Of a stretch of 64,000 nt of DNA, positions 46,201-58,700 are shown one piece after another. Source of the stretch: Mobula hypostoma (taxonomy: Eukaryota); the NCBI RefSeq assembly GCF_963921235.1, contig NC_086097.1, positions 99,884,001 to 99,948,000 of the forward strand, read 5' to 3'. Position 1 is the first letter of the stretch; the number at the start of each line of letters is the position of its first letter. The notes under the pieces were generated by a model that searched no databases, was not told the origin of the DNA, and worked only from the letters and a program-made list of their open reading frames with translations. A program made the position numbers and the translations under genes.

Positions 46201-47905
46201 TGAAAATGAGCCAAGTTCTTGGTTGCATCTTCAAGTGTTCAAAGAGCCTTCAGATACGATGAAGACCATTTGAAAGTGCAGGCACTGAGCTTTGCCCCAT
46301 TGAATGCCATAATCTAATTCACACAAATTGGTTAACAGGAATTGCATCACTGGGTGATTAGAGTAAGGAGATTGTACCAGCTACACTTACTACAGTAATT
46401 AACGGCAAATAACACGAGCATGAGTAGAATTAGGCCATTTAGCCCATTGAGTCTGCTCTGCCTTTCCACCTTGTCTGATTTATTATTGCTGGCAACTCCA
46501 TTCTCCTGCCTTCTTCCCATAACCTTTGACACACTGACTAACCAAGAACTTGCCAACATCTGCTTTAAATATACTCAGTGATTTGGGCTCCACAGCTGTC
46601 TATGGCAATGAATTCCACAGATTCACCACCCTCTGGCTACAGAAATTCCTCCTCCTCTCTGTTCTAAAGGGATGCTCCTCCGGTTCTAGACTCACCCACT
46701 GTAGGAAACATCCACTCCATCCTGGCCTTTAATATTCAGTAGGTTTCAATGAGATCCCCTCTCATTCTAAACTCCAGTGAGTACAGGCCCAGAGCCATCA
46801 AACGTTCCTCATACATTATTCCTTTCATTCCTGGAATCATTCTTGTGAACCCCCTTGGAGTCTCTCCAGTACCTGCACACCTTTCTTGGATAAGTGGCCA
46901 AAACTGCTCACAATACCTGCAACCTTGGCTTGCCTTCATTGGTGGGTCTGAATTCTGAAAATACTATGAGGGGTTTATTATTTATTATCTTGTGTCCTGA
47001 GGTGCAGTGAAAATCTTTATTTGGCATGCCATCCATACAGATCACTTCCTCATATTGAACTAGTTAGTACAAGGGAAAAGCAATAAGAGAATGACGATAG
47101 AGAAAAAATGCAGAGCTTGCAGACAGTAAGGTGCAGGGCCATGACAAGGTAGATTGTGATATCAAGAGTCCATTGTATTGTACAGGGGATTATTCTATAG
47201 TTGTAATGGTTGTCCTTGAGCCTGGTAGTATATGTTTTCAGGTGTAGAATCAGAAACAGGTTTATTATCACTGGCCTATGTTGTGAAATTTATTATTTTG
47301 TGGCAGCAGGACAGTGCAAGACGTAACTATTAATATGTTACAAAAATAAATAGGGGGAAAAAATAAATAGGCAGAGGGGAAGAAGCTGTTCCTGAATTGT
47401 TAAATGTAAGTCTTCAGGCTTTTGTACCTCCTCTTCCCTGATGATCTAATGAGAAGAAGGCATATTCTGGATGGTGAGGGTGCTTAATGATAGATGGCAC
47501 CACCTTGAAGCGCTGACTCTTGAAGATGTCCTTGGTGGGGAGAGTAGTAGACTCGGACTGTGAGGGAGCTGGCTGAATTTACAGCCCATCGTATCTCTTT
47601 CGATCCTACACATTCAAGTCTCATACCAAGCAGTGATGCAAGCAATCGGAATGCTCTCTACGGCACATCTGTTGAAATTTGCAAGAGTCTTTGGTGATAT
47701 TTAATGCAGACAACTATTAGATATTGCACTTTGGTAGACTTACAGTAATTGGTAGGGCCCTGAGGAGATTTGTGAGTACGGATCCACAATTCCTTGAAAG
47801 TAGCATCATAGTTAGGTAGTCCTAAAAAGTGTTTTTAGCACATTAACTTTTATAAATCACAGTACTGAGTACAGAATTTGGGATGTATGGTGAAGTTGTA
47901 TAAGA

Positions 47906-48098
47906 ACACAAAATAATCTGCAGATGCTGGGGTCAAAGCAACACTCACAACACGCTGGAGGAACTCAGCAGGTCGGGCAGCATCCGTGGAAACAATCAGT
48001 CGACGTTTTGGGCTTGACAAAGGATTCTGGCCCGAAATGTCGACTGATTGTTTCCACAGATGCTGCCCGACCTGCTGAGTTCCTCCAGCGTGTTGTGA
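47906..48098. mobile_element. Penelope pLTR-derived palindromic mini-element inserted in CR1
   Basis: ~70-bp inverted arms; 16-bp TSD gtgaagttgtataaga at 47890-47905 and 48099-48114. Confidence 0.85.
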
Positions 48099-50598
48099 GT
48101 GAAGTTGTATAAGATTTTGGTGAGGCCAAACTTGGAGTATTGTGTGCATTTCTGGTCACTTACTACAGGAAAGATATCAATAAAATTGAAAGAGTACAGA
48201 GAAAATTTACAAGGATTTTTCCAGGACTTGTACCTGAGTTATAAGGAAAGGTTGAATAGGTTAGGACTTTATTTCTTGGAGAGTAGGAGAATGAGGAGAG
48301 ATTTGATAGAGGTACACAATTATGAGCAGTGTACAATACTGTAAATGCAAGCAGGCTTTTTCCACTGAGGTTGGGTGAGACTAGAACCAGAAGTCATGGT
48401 TTGAAAGGTGAAATATTGGTGGGAACTTGAGGGGGAACTTCTTCACTCAGGGTGTCGTGAGTGTGAAACAAGTTGCAGCAGAAGTGGTGGAAACAGGTTT
48501 GATTTCAACATCTAAGAGAAGTTTGGATAGGTACATACAGTAGATGGGAGGGATAGAGAGGGCTACGATTCAAGGCAGGGTAATATTTTGGCATGGATTA
48601 GATAGGCCAAAGGCCCCGATTCTAAGTGCTCTATGACTCTCTATGTTAAATCTGCTCAAACTTCTAATGAAATAGAATCACTGGAGTGCCTTCTTTGTGA
48701 TTGCATCCATTTGTTTGGGCCAGAGTAGATCCTCTGAGATGTTGACTTGCAGCCCTTTAGCCTCTCCACTGTTGACTTCTCAATGAGGAGCGGTGTGTGT
48801 GTTTCCTTGATTTCCCCTTCCTGAAGACCACAAAGTCTTCAAAGATATCAATTAAAATACAGGCTGCATATGGTTAAACTATAGACCTTCATGCAGTTGA
48901 ATTATAGACAGCTGTCGTTGATCTTGTGTTCTTCCTTTGACTGCTGTTTTGTCTTAGTTCAAATTTTTCTGTTTCTAATTCACTGTCCTGCTTCCCATCT
49001 CATTCTTTCTTTGCTCACCTCAATCCACACTTGCATTTCACTGTCTTGCAATCATGGTAAGGTAAATCTCCTTTAAATAAAAATTGAAAGTGGATCAATA
49101 TCTTTGGTCTCTGTCACAAACTTTACTCCTGAACGCCTAAATTCATCCTCTTGTGCCATCTGTCAGAAATGAAACTATGTCATTTGCAACCCCAGTGAAA
49201 GTTGTACAAGACATTGGTGAGGCTGCATTCGGAATGAGTTGTACAAGACATTGGTGAAGCTCATTCAGAATATTATATTCAATTTACATGGCCCTTTTAT
49301 AGGGAAAGGTGCCATTAAGCTAGAAAGAGTGCAGAGCATCTTTATAAGGAAGTTGATGGAACTTGAGGAATCAAATTATGAGGAGTGGTTGAACAAGCTA
49401 GGGCTTTTTTCATTGGAGTAAAAGAGAATCAGAGGAGATCTTAAGAAGGTGTATAAATCATGAGGAGCATTATTTGGGTCAGTGCACACAGTCTTCCCGG
49501 GGTTGGGAATCAAGAACTAGAGGGCATAGGTTTAAAGTGAGAGGGGAGTGATTTAATAGGAACCTGAGGGGCTACTTTTTTTAACCAGAAAGGCAGTATA
49601 TGGAATGAACTGTCAGTGGAAGTGGTTGAGGCAAGTACAATAACAACATTTAAAAGGTATGTGCATCGGGGATATGTGTCAAATGCAGGTAAATGGGACT
49701 AGCTTAGATAGAAATTTTGATCGGCATGAACCAGTTGGGCAGAAGGGCCTGTTTCCTTCTGTATCGCTCCATTGAAAAAAAGAATTAACCACAGGTTGAA
49801 TTTTGGATATCACATCCATAGTATGCAAAGAGTACCTAATGCCATCTGTCTCATATTGATTGCCTCTACCAGTATCGTCATGGTTAGTACAATGCTTTAC
49901 AGTGCCAGTGACCCGGGTTCAATTCCCGCGGTTGTCGGTAAGGAGTTTGGATGTTCTCCCTGTGACTGCATGGATTTCCTCCAGTTGCTCTGGTTTCCTC
50001 CCGCAGTCCTAAGGTGTACCAGTTGGTAGGTTAATTGGTCATTGTAAATTGTATTGTGATTAGGCGAGGGTTAAATCGGGGGCTGCTGGGTGGTGTGGCT
50101 TGAAGGGCCAGAACACCCTAGTCCATGCTCTATTTATCTCAAAAATCTACCTTAACTCATCCATTGCTGTAATCTTCATCCATAGCTTTGTCTAGACTTG
50201 TCCACTTCATTGCACTCTCAGCTAGCTTGCTGTTTCTAAACTTTGTGATTCTGTCAGCCTGCCGCCTTTGTTTAAGGTCATCATAGCTGGGGGTGGTAGT
50301 GGGGATAAGCTCCCACTACCTATTAAATGCTCCCAATGGCGAGCTTTCTTCCAAATCTCAAAGATGTTGGTTGGTAGATTAATTGGCCTCCGTAAATTGC
50401 TTGAATGAGTAGGTGAGTGGAACTGAGAATTTGGGGAAATATTTTTTAAAAAATGATTAATATCAGATTCATGTAAATGGCACAGACTGCCGATCCGAAG
50501 GGCCTGTTGCCACTGCCATCTTCTATGTCTCTGTGACTTGTGACTAAATGCATTCCTGGGTTGGTACTTTGTATTAAACTATTGACTTTTCTCTGCAG

Positions 50599-50813
50599 AT
50601 GGGCCTTCAGAGCTGCCAGAAAAACTGCTACAGGAGCGATTTCATAAGCTGGGGCGCTTTCCAGAAGCCTTTAGTTCCATCCAGTACAAAGGCACCAGAA
50701 CATACAATCCTCCAACAGACTTTTCTGGATTGTTGTGGACTGTTGAACAGCAGCTGAACAACAACACAACTCGCTCTCCCAGACCCCCAGGAATTATCTT
50801 TAAGGCTTTGAAA
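50599..50813 (+). CDS. ZFYVE1: ZFYVE1 coding exon 3
   Basis: Acceptor ctctgcag|, then (D)GPSELPEKLLQERFHKLGRFPEAFSSIQYKGTRTYNPPTDFSG...RSPRPPGIIFKALK, donor |gtaaga. 215 nt, phase matches exon 2. Confidence 0.96.
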
Positions 50814-53711
50814 GTAAGATATTGTTTAAAGTCTAACCATAAACAATAAAATTTCTTGTCAGTTTGAGCTCTGGCATCTGCTATTGAAACTGGTGTAACA
50901 ACCCAGATAAGTGCCACTTAAAATCAGTTTCACCTGGGACAGATTTTACTTGGTGTTGTCTCTGGATTCAGGCAAGCAAGGAACCCTGGTGTATATGATA
51001 ATAACTAATCTGAATCAAAATTTCTAGCCTAATTAGCTAAAAAATTGAAACTTGTTGAGGATGAAAGGAGTTTGGGTTTCTATAAAAATCTGGTTTGTTT
51101 AGAAATGCCTTCCATAAATGTTTGGGGAAATGGAACAAAATAAAACAAGTTTCCAATGTTTGCTGCTAATTGTTGAAGACTTAGATCAGATAATAGTGAC
51201 GTCATCATGAGAGGTCATCAGTTGGTTTAAATTAAAGCCCCTGCTTGAGGCTTAAAAAGAGTTTGGGGCCTTTGAAACTTTTCTGCGGGGGCCAATAAAG
51301 AGAAGGAAGGTGTAAGCGGAGTGGCCAGTGTTGGAACTGGTGCAGAGGTCAACGTTTCAGATTTCTGGATCATTGGGATCGCTTCTGGGGAAGGTATGAA
51401 CTATACAAAAGGTTGGGTTACACCTGAACCTGAGGGGGATCAATATTCTTGTGGGCACTTTTGCTAGAGCTGTTGGGGAGGGTTTAAACTGATTTGGCAG
51501 GGGAATGGGAACTGGAGTGATCGAGCAATTGCTATACAAGTCGGTGCATTCTGTACTGAGACAGTGAAGAAGGACAGATCGATGATAGGGCAAAATTTCA
51601 GTCAGTGGGATGAGTTGAAATGTAACATGGGGACAAAATTGAAACGGGTGATGAATACAGGACTAAGGGTGTTATGTGTGAATGCATGTAGTATATGGAA
51701 TAAAGTAGAAGATCTTGTAGTACAGTTAGAGATTGGCAGGTATGGTGTTGTGGGCATCACTGACTTGTGGCTGAACAAAGATCATAGTCGGGAGCTTAAC
51801 ACTCAAGGATACAAAAGGTGACGTAAGATCCGAAGATGTAGAATCCTTATGGGTAGAGTTAAGAAACTGCAAAGGTAAAGAAATCTGATGCGAGTTGTAT
51901 ATAGGCCCCTGAACTGTAGCCAGGATGTGAGATATAAATTTCAATGGGAATTAGAAAAGGCATATAATGAAGGCAATTCTATGATAGTCACAGGGGAGTT
52001 TAATATGCAGGTAAACTAGGGAAATCAGGTTGGTGTTGGCTCCCAAGAAAGGGAATTTGTAGAAAGCCTGTGAGATAAATGGCTTTGTAGAGCAGCTTGT
52101 GGTTGAGCCTACTGGGGGAAAGGCAGTTCTGGTTTGTGTTTTGTGTAAAGAACCAGACTTGATTAGGGAGCTTAAGGTAAATAAACCCTTAGGAGTCAGT
52201 GACCATATGATAGAATTCACCCTGCACATTGAGAGGGAGAATTTAAAGTCAGTTGTATTGGTATTACAATGCAGTAAAGGGAATTACAGAGACATGACAG
52301 AGGAGCTGGACAAAGTTGATTGGAAGGGGACACCATCAGGGATGACAGCAGAACAGCAATAGCTGGAGTTTCTGGGAGCAAATCTGAAGGTGCAGGATAG
52401 ACACCTAAAGACAGGATGAGGCAACTGTGGCTGACAAAAGAAGTCAAAGTCAGTATTTTTAAAAAAAGAGAGGGCTTATAATGTAGCAAAGTTTAGTGGG
52501 AAGTTAGGGGATTGGGAAGCTTTTAAAAATCAACAGAAGCAAATTAAAAAAAACCATAATGAGAGAAAAGATGTAAAGTGAAGGTAAGCTAGTCAATAAT
52601 ATTAAAGATGATAGCAAAGGTATTTTTTCAGGTATATAAAGAGTAAGAGAGAGGTAAGAGCAGATATTGGAGCACTGAATATGAAGCTGGAGAGGTAGTA
52701 GTGGGGGGACAAAAAAATGGCAAACAAATGGAAGAAGTATTTTGCGTCAGCAGTCACTGTGGAAGACACAGGCACTATGCCAGAATTCAAGAGTGTCAGG
52801 CAACAGAATTGAGTGTCATTGCTATTACTAAGGAGAAGGTGCTTGGGAAGCTGAAAGGTCTGAAGATAGAAATGTCTCCTGGACCCAATGGACTACAACC
52901 CTGGGTTCTGAAAGAGGTAGCTGAAGAGATTGTGGAATCATTAGTATTGATCTTCCAAGAATCACTAGATTCTAGCATGGTTCTGGAGGACTGGAAAATT
53001 GCAAATGTCACTCCACTCTTCAAGAAGGAAGAGAGGCAGAAGAAAGGAAATTATAGGCCAGTTAGCCTGACAGTGGCATGGAAGATGTTGGAGTCCATTA
53101 TTAAGGATGAGGTTTCAGGCTGCTTGGAAGCACGTGATAAAGTAGACCAAAGTCAGCATGGTTTTCTTAAAAGGGAAAATTTTGCCTGACAAATCTTTTG
53201 GAATGATTCGAGAAAATAACAGGATAAGCAAAGGAGAGTCAGTGGATGTTGTTTACTTGGATTTTCAGAAGGCCTTTGACAAGGTGCCACATGAGGCTGC
53301 TTGACAAGATAAGAGCCCATGGTATTACAGGAAAGATAGAAGATTGGCTGACTGGTGTCAGAATAAAGGGGGCCTACTCTAGTTGGCTGCTGGTGACTAG
53401 TGCTGTTCCACAGGGGTCAGTATTGGGACAACCTTTCATGTTATATGTCAACAATCTAGATGACAGAATTGATGGCGTTCTGGCCAAGACTGTGGACATA
53501 TGAAAACAGGTGGAGGGACAAGTAGTGTTGAGGAAGCAGGGAGTCTACAGAAGGACTTGGATTGGAATAGGGATTGGAATATGGATTGAAATCATTAGTA
53601 GATGGAATATAGTGTAGGGAAGTGCATGGTCATGCACTTTGTTGGAAGGAATAAAGGCGTGGACTATTTTCTAAGCGTGGAGAACGCGCAAAAATCAGAG
53701 GTGCAAAGGTA

Positions 53712-54512
53712 TTGAATTGACTTTATTTCTTATACCCTTCACATACGTGAGGAGTAAAAATCTTTACGTTATGTCTCTGTCTAAATGTGCAATGTGCAAG
53801 CATTGTAATTTATAATAAATAGAACAGTCAATGTAACATAGAAATATACTCAAATCAGCGTGAGGTAATCAGTCTAATGGTCTGGTGGAAGAAGCTGTCC
53901 CGGAGCCTGTTGATCCTGGCTTTTATTCTGCGGTACCATTTCCCGGATGGTTGCAGCTGGAATAGATTGTGGTTGGGATGGCTTGGGTCTCCAATGATCC
54001 TATGGGCCCTTTTTACACACCTGTCTTTGTAAGTGTCCTGAATCATAGAAAGTTCACAACTACAGATCCACCACTCTCTGCAGAGTCCTGTGATTAAGGG
54101 AGGTACAGTTCCCATACCAGGCAGTGATGCAGCCAGTCAGGATGCTCTCAGTTGTACCCCTGTAGAAAGTTCTTAGAATTTGGGGGCCCATACCAAACTT
54201 CCTCAACCATCTGAGGTGAAAGAGGCACTGTTGTGCCTTTTTCACCACACAGCTGGTGTGTACAGACCACGTGAGGTCTTCAGTGATGTGGATACCGAGG
54301 AACTTAAAGTGGCTTACCCTCTCAACCCCAAATCCATTGATAGGGGTTAGCCCGTCTCCATTCCTCCTGTAATCCACAACCAGCTCCTTTGTTTTTGCGA
54401 CATTGAGGGAGAGGTTGTTTCTTGACACCACTGTGTCAGAGAGATGACTTCTTCCCTGTAGGCCACCTCATTATTGTTTGAGATTAGGCCAATCAATGTA
54501 GTGTCGTCAGCA
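53712..54512 (-). mobile_element. Rex1/Babar LINE 3' fragment
   Basis: LNVAKTKELVVDYRR, FKFLGIHITEDLTW, KKAQQCLFHLR and ESILTGCITAWYG motifs. Confidence 0.88.
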
Positions 54513-54740
54513 CTTGAGAGTCCTTGAGCAGGTTAACCTGCAGATTGAATCATTGGTAAGGAAGGCAAATGCCATGTTGGTATTCATTTCAAGAGGACTA
54601 GAATACAACAACAAAGGTGTGATGCTGAAGCTTTATAAGGCATTGGTCATACCGCACTTGTAGTCTTGGGAGCAGTTTTGGGCCCCTTATCTAAGAAAGG
54701 CTGTGCTGGCATTGGAGAGGTTCCAGAGGTGGCTCATAAG

Positions 54741-55782
54741 CATAGTTCCCTCTAAGCTGTGCGCGTGTGCAGTGCACAAAAGAAATTAATGTGCGCACAA
54801 AAAGTTAGTTACCTAAAATAATGTAGTAATTAATAATTATACTTATTGAAAATAATCTTTTAGCTAACTGTTTCTGTTAACTAGTCAGTTTTTCATGTAC
54901 CTCAATGCACGGCACTAATTTACATCACCTCACCTATCCTGTTCTGTGGGATGATATTTGGAAACCTGACTTTTTGAAGCTTCATTGGCAAGTAAATCGC
55001 ATTTGGACGGTGTTCAAACGCTCAGGCAACAGAACCCACCATTACTCGTTACAGGAGTGCTACACATGTTACAGTTGAGTGCAGATGAGTGAGAGCGAAA
55101 ACGATCAAACCCACAGGAGATCAAAGTTGAGGTACAAGAATGATCAGCTTCTGATTTCTCCGCAATTGCAGATTGTGAATTCACATTTGGCAATGAGTAA
55201 GTTAATGCCTTATGTCTAAAGTATCATGATTTTCTAGCTGAAAATACTGTAATAGTTAGACAGTTTAATGATTTCAAATTTTCAGTGCAAGAAAAAACTA
55301 AATCCAAACAGATTTCAAACTTTGCTCAAATGGTGGCATTTGTACTTCAAAATGAACAGTTTTGCAACCTTGCACAGTTGATGGACATTGGGGGAATCTT
55401 CCTTGTGTCTACTGCGGACTGTGAGCAAGGTTTTAGCCTAATGAATCAACTCAAAAACAAGCTGAGAAACCGTTTAGGTGAATGTCATTTGGATATGTTA
55501 ACGAGAATCAAAATCTATCAATTGGATGGAAGTTCTATTAGTCTAAATAGAGTTTACAAAGAATGGGTAAATGCCAAAGACGGGAGAGAAAAAATAACTG
55601 AGTGACTTAAATATGTATGTTATTTTGTTGTTATTCTGTGCAGTTTTATGTCAAATATTTTGTAAACCTACATAAACTGTGCCATGTGTGCATTCAGTGG
55701 GCACATACATTTGTCACAGGAAAAAAATTGCAAAACATAATATTTTTGCGCACACTGACCGCTAAAATTAGAGGGAGGATTG
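54741..55782 (+). mobile_element. Internally deleted hAT transposon
   Basis: TIRs catagttccctctaa and ttagagggaggattg; degenerate 8-bp TSD ctcataag/ttcatcag; dimerization motif STADCEQGFSLMNQLKNKLRNRL. Confidence 0.82.
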
Positions 55783-56944
55783 TTCATCAGGATTATTCCT
55801 GAATGAAAGGGTTTACATATAAGGAGTATTTGATGGCTTGGGGCCTGTACTTGCTGGAGTTCAAAAGACTGAGGAGGGATCTCATTAAAAACTTTTGAAT
55901 ATTGAAAGGCCTAGATACAGTGGATTTGAAGAGGATGTTTCTTGTAGTGGATGAATTTAGGACTGGGGGCACAGCCTCAGAATAGAGGGATGTCCCTTTA
56001 AAACAGAGATGAGAAATTTCTTTAGCCAAAGAGTGGAGAATCTGTGGAATTAATTGTGACGGACAGTTTTGGAGCTCAAGTCACTGAGTATACTTAAAGT
56101 AGATGTTGATAGTTTCTTGATTAGTTAGGGTGTCAAAGGGTATGGGGAGAAGACAGGAGAATAAGGTTGAGGGGGATAATAAAGCATCTATGATGGAATG
56201 GTGAAGCAGACTCAATGGGCCAAGTAGCCTAATTCTGCTTCTGTGTCGTATGGTCTTGTGGTCCTTGTCCAACCGAGAAGATGGCTGCTGTATTTTTTTC
56301 CTAAATAGAGGATATGAAACTTCATCGTAGTCTTGGTTCCTGTAATGATCTAACTTGAAGAATTGAGCAGATCACCTGCAGTTCATGACTGGAGTGTTGT
56401 TGTACAGGCAGAACAAATCTAAGCTATTTCATTTGAGGGAATCATTTGAGGAACTGTGACAGCTTTGGCAGAGCTATTGGGATCCATTCATAGGTTAGAA
56501 GTACTTTATCTGTTCTGGCCTCTAGAGGTGCAGTTTGTTTCGTATAGACATCACGTCCTGTACGTAATCTGTCTTTATATAATTCCTCCGTGGGATAATT
56601 TGGATTCAACTTGAAGCATGTGTTGGAAAGACATTCATCTCCATCTCCTCTTTATTTGTCCTTGAAACAGCAATACCTTTTCACAAGTAAGAGCTCGTTA
56701 AAAACTTTAAAGGAAACTTCTGTCTTGAGTGATTTTTTTTTGAGGGGTTTACCTCACTACATAGCTTTGTATGTCTGCACAGTGAGGGCAGTTGAGCCTT
56801 CAAAAGTTTTGCCCGCAGACTGGAGACATGTCTGAATGCTGTACATGGCAATGTCAACTGGAGCACCTTCAATCGCCGAGAGCTGGAAGTCAGGTTAGAA
56901 TGTGGTGCATTGATTATGTTGTTGCAATACTTGAGTGAATCCAT

Positions 56945-57230
56945 GATTAGCAGAGCTGCAGCACGAGCCTGCGCTTGAGCTGAAGCGGCAAGAATGAGAG
57001 CGTTTTATGCTGAATGCAAAGTTGGGATGCAAGTGGAGATAGTTCATACAGTCATGGAGAGAGGGCATGTAGAGGCGACATTAAATGTGCTCAGGGAAGA
57101 GCTTGAAGCTCAGGCTGCCTCAGGGGCAAAGAAGCAGTAGCTGACTTAGACAGTGACGAGTCTACAATTTAAATCAGTTGCTGTCATGCTAATGCAGATT
57201 ACTAAACAATACGTCCAAACACCTTTTGGC
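56945..57230 (+). mobile_element. Possible BEL/Pao gag N-terminal remnant
   Basis: SRAAARACA*AEAARMRAFYAE...EATLNVLREELEAQAA resembles the Ala-rich coiled coil of fish BEL/Pao Gag. Confidence 0.5.
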
Positions 57231-57539
57231 TATGAAAGAAACAGTGCCCTAGCTCTACGAGGAGAAGCTGTCCACACCACACAGCTAGCATGCTCTTCAC
57301 ATAGTCCGGGTATTGACAGTCAAGGTCTACAGTAGCAAACACCCACAACACCCCCTTCTGCACTTTATCACAAGAAAGACCTCAGTCAAGAGTTGCTAAA
57401 GATGTCAACCCTATCTGGACAGTCTGAACAGGACACTTTGATATTTTGTCCACAACAGTCCTGAGGAGACATCAGATTGCTTGCAGGGAGAGAAAGTTTA
57501 AAAGAAGTGAGTGGGGGCAGTCGACATATTTTGCATGTC

Positions 57540-58700
57540 ACAGTCCCGAGGAGATGTGTATAATTAAGTACTTGGCAAGGTCCAATAAAAGGAAGTTAGG
57601 TTTAACCGGAGAGGCCATTGTGTGAGTGGGGAGTTGAGGCTCTTTGAGACTTCAGCGAGGAGAGGCATAGGCCATAATTAGACTTTTTTTTTTGTTATTT
57701 ATTCTTTCTTTTTTATTGCACATTTAGAAGAGTGGGGATGCCAGGCAGGATAGTGGAATGCTCCTCTTGCAGGGAGACCTCCAGTAACACTGATGACTGC
57801 ACTCGCAAGTAGTGCATCCAGCTGCAGCTTCTAACACACCGTGTCAACGTGTTGGAGCTGGAACTGGATGAACTCTGGATCATTTGGGAGACTGAGGGGT
57901 TGATAGACTGCACATACAAGTAAGTACAGTACTGTGCAAAAAGTCTCAGGAACCCTCGCTATATAGGTGCCTAAGACATTTGCACAGTATTGTATTTGCG
58001 CCCATGGTGCAGGACACTGGAAGATGGTGACTGTCAGGTGGGGGAAAGGGAATAGGCAGCCAGTGCAGAGCACCCCTGTGGCTGGTCCCCTCAACAACAG
58101 GTACACCATTTTGGATACCACTGTCGGGTGGAATGACCTGGCAGAAGAAAGCCACAGTGGTCACTGAGGCTTTGTGGCTCAGAAGGGAAGCGGGTGAAGA
58201 GGCAAGCGAAGTGACAGGGGATTTGTTGATTAGGGGAACAGAAAGGATGTTCTGTGGATGAGAGTGAGATTCCTGGCTGGTTTGTTGCCTCCTGCTGGGT
58301 GCCAGGGTCAGGGACATCATCGATAGAGCCCCCAGTGTTCTAAGCTGGAGGGTGAGCAGTCAAAGGTCATGGTTCATGTTGGTACCAATGACATGGGTAG
58401 GAGAGGTGACGGGGTCCTGCAAAGTGAGTTCAAGGTGTTAAGTGCTAAGTTAAAGAGCAGGATCTCCAGGGTTGTGATCTCAAGATTGCTACCAGTGCCA
58501 TTTGCCAGTGAGGCCAAAACTAGGAAGATCGTACAGTTTAACACCAGGGGGGAGGGCTTTAGATTTTTAGATCATTGGGCTGTCTTCCAGGGAATGTAGG
58601 AGCTGTATGGAAGAGATAGTTTGTACCTGAACTACAGGGGGAGCTAATATCCTAGTGGGAAGGTTTGCTGGTGCTGAATGGGGGAGGCAGGGGTTTAAAG
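57540..58700 (+). mobile_element. CR1 LINE 5' part (ORF1 with SGNH-esterase-like domain)
   Basis: Motifs PLNNRYTILDT, VHVGTNDM, RVVISRLLPV and FRFLDHW. Confidence 0.82.
57927..57992. mobile_element. 66-bp Tc1-type MITE
   Basis: TIRs cagtactgtgcaaa and tttgcacagtattg, flanked by TA on both sides. Confidence 0.8.

Larger units (their letters stand above)
36886..46260 (-). mobile_element. Buster/SPIN-like hAT transposon, split by CR1 (37105-37690) and L1 (38652-45746)
   Basis: Transposase fragments LQLDGSTLPGNESLLLSYVCFIK...LETDAKGESIF (45747-46200) continue at 38650-37700 (ATEGAPSM, LHKSLNTVITVINKIK). TIR-like tagtgtttgccaaac at about 36886. Confidence 0.78.
51200..56262 (+). mobile_element. 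Long degenerate CR1 LINE (ORF1 end, APE, RT, 3' UTR), interrupted by Rex1 and hAT
   Basis: Motifs VNACSIWNK, SPGPNGLQPWVLKE, DWKIANVTPLFKK, NYRPVSLT and VPQGSVLG; 3' UTR at about 56150-56262. Confidence 0.88.
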
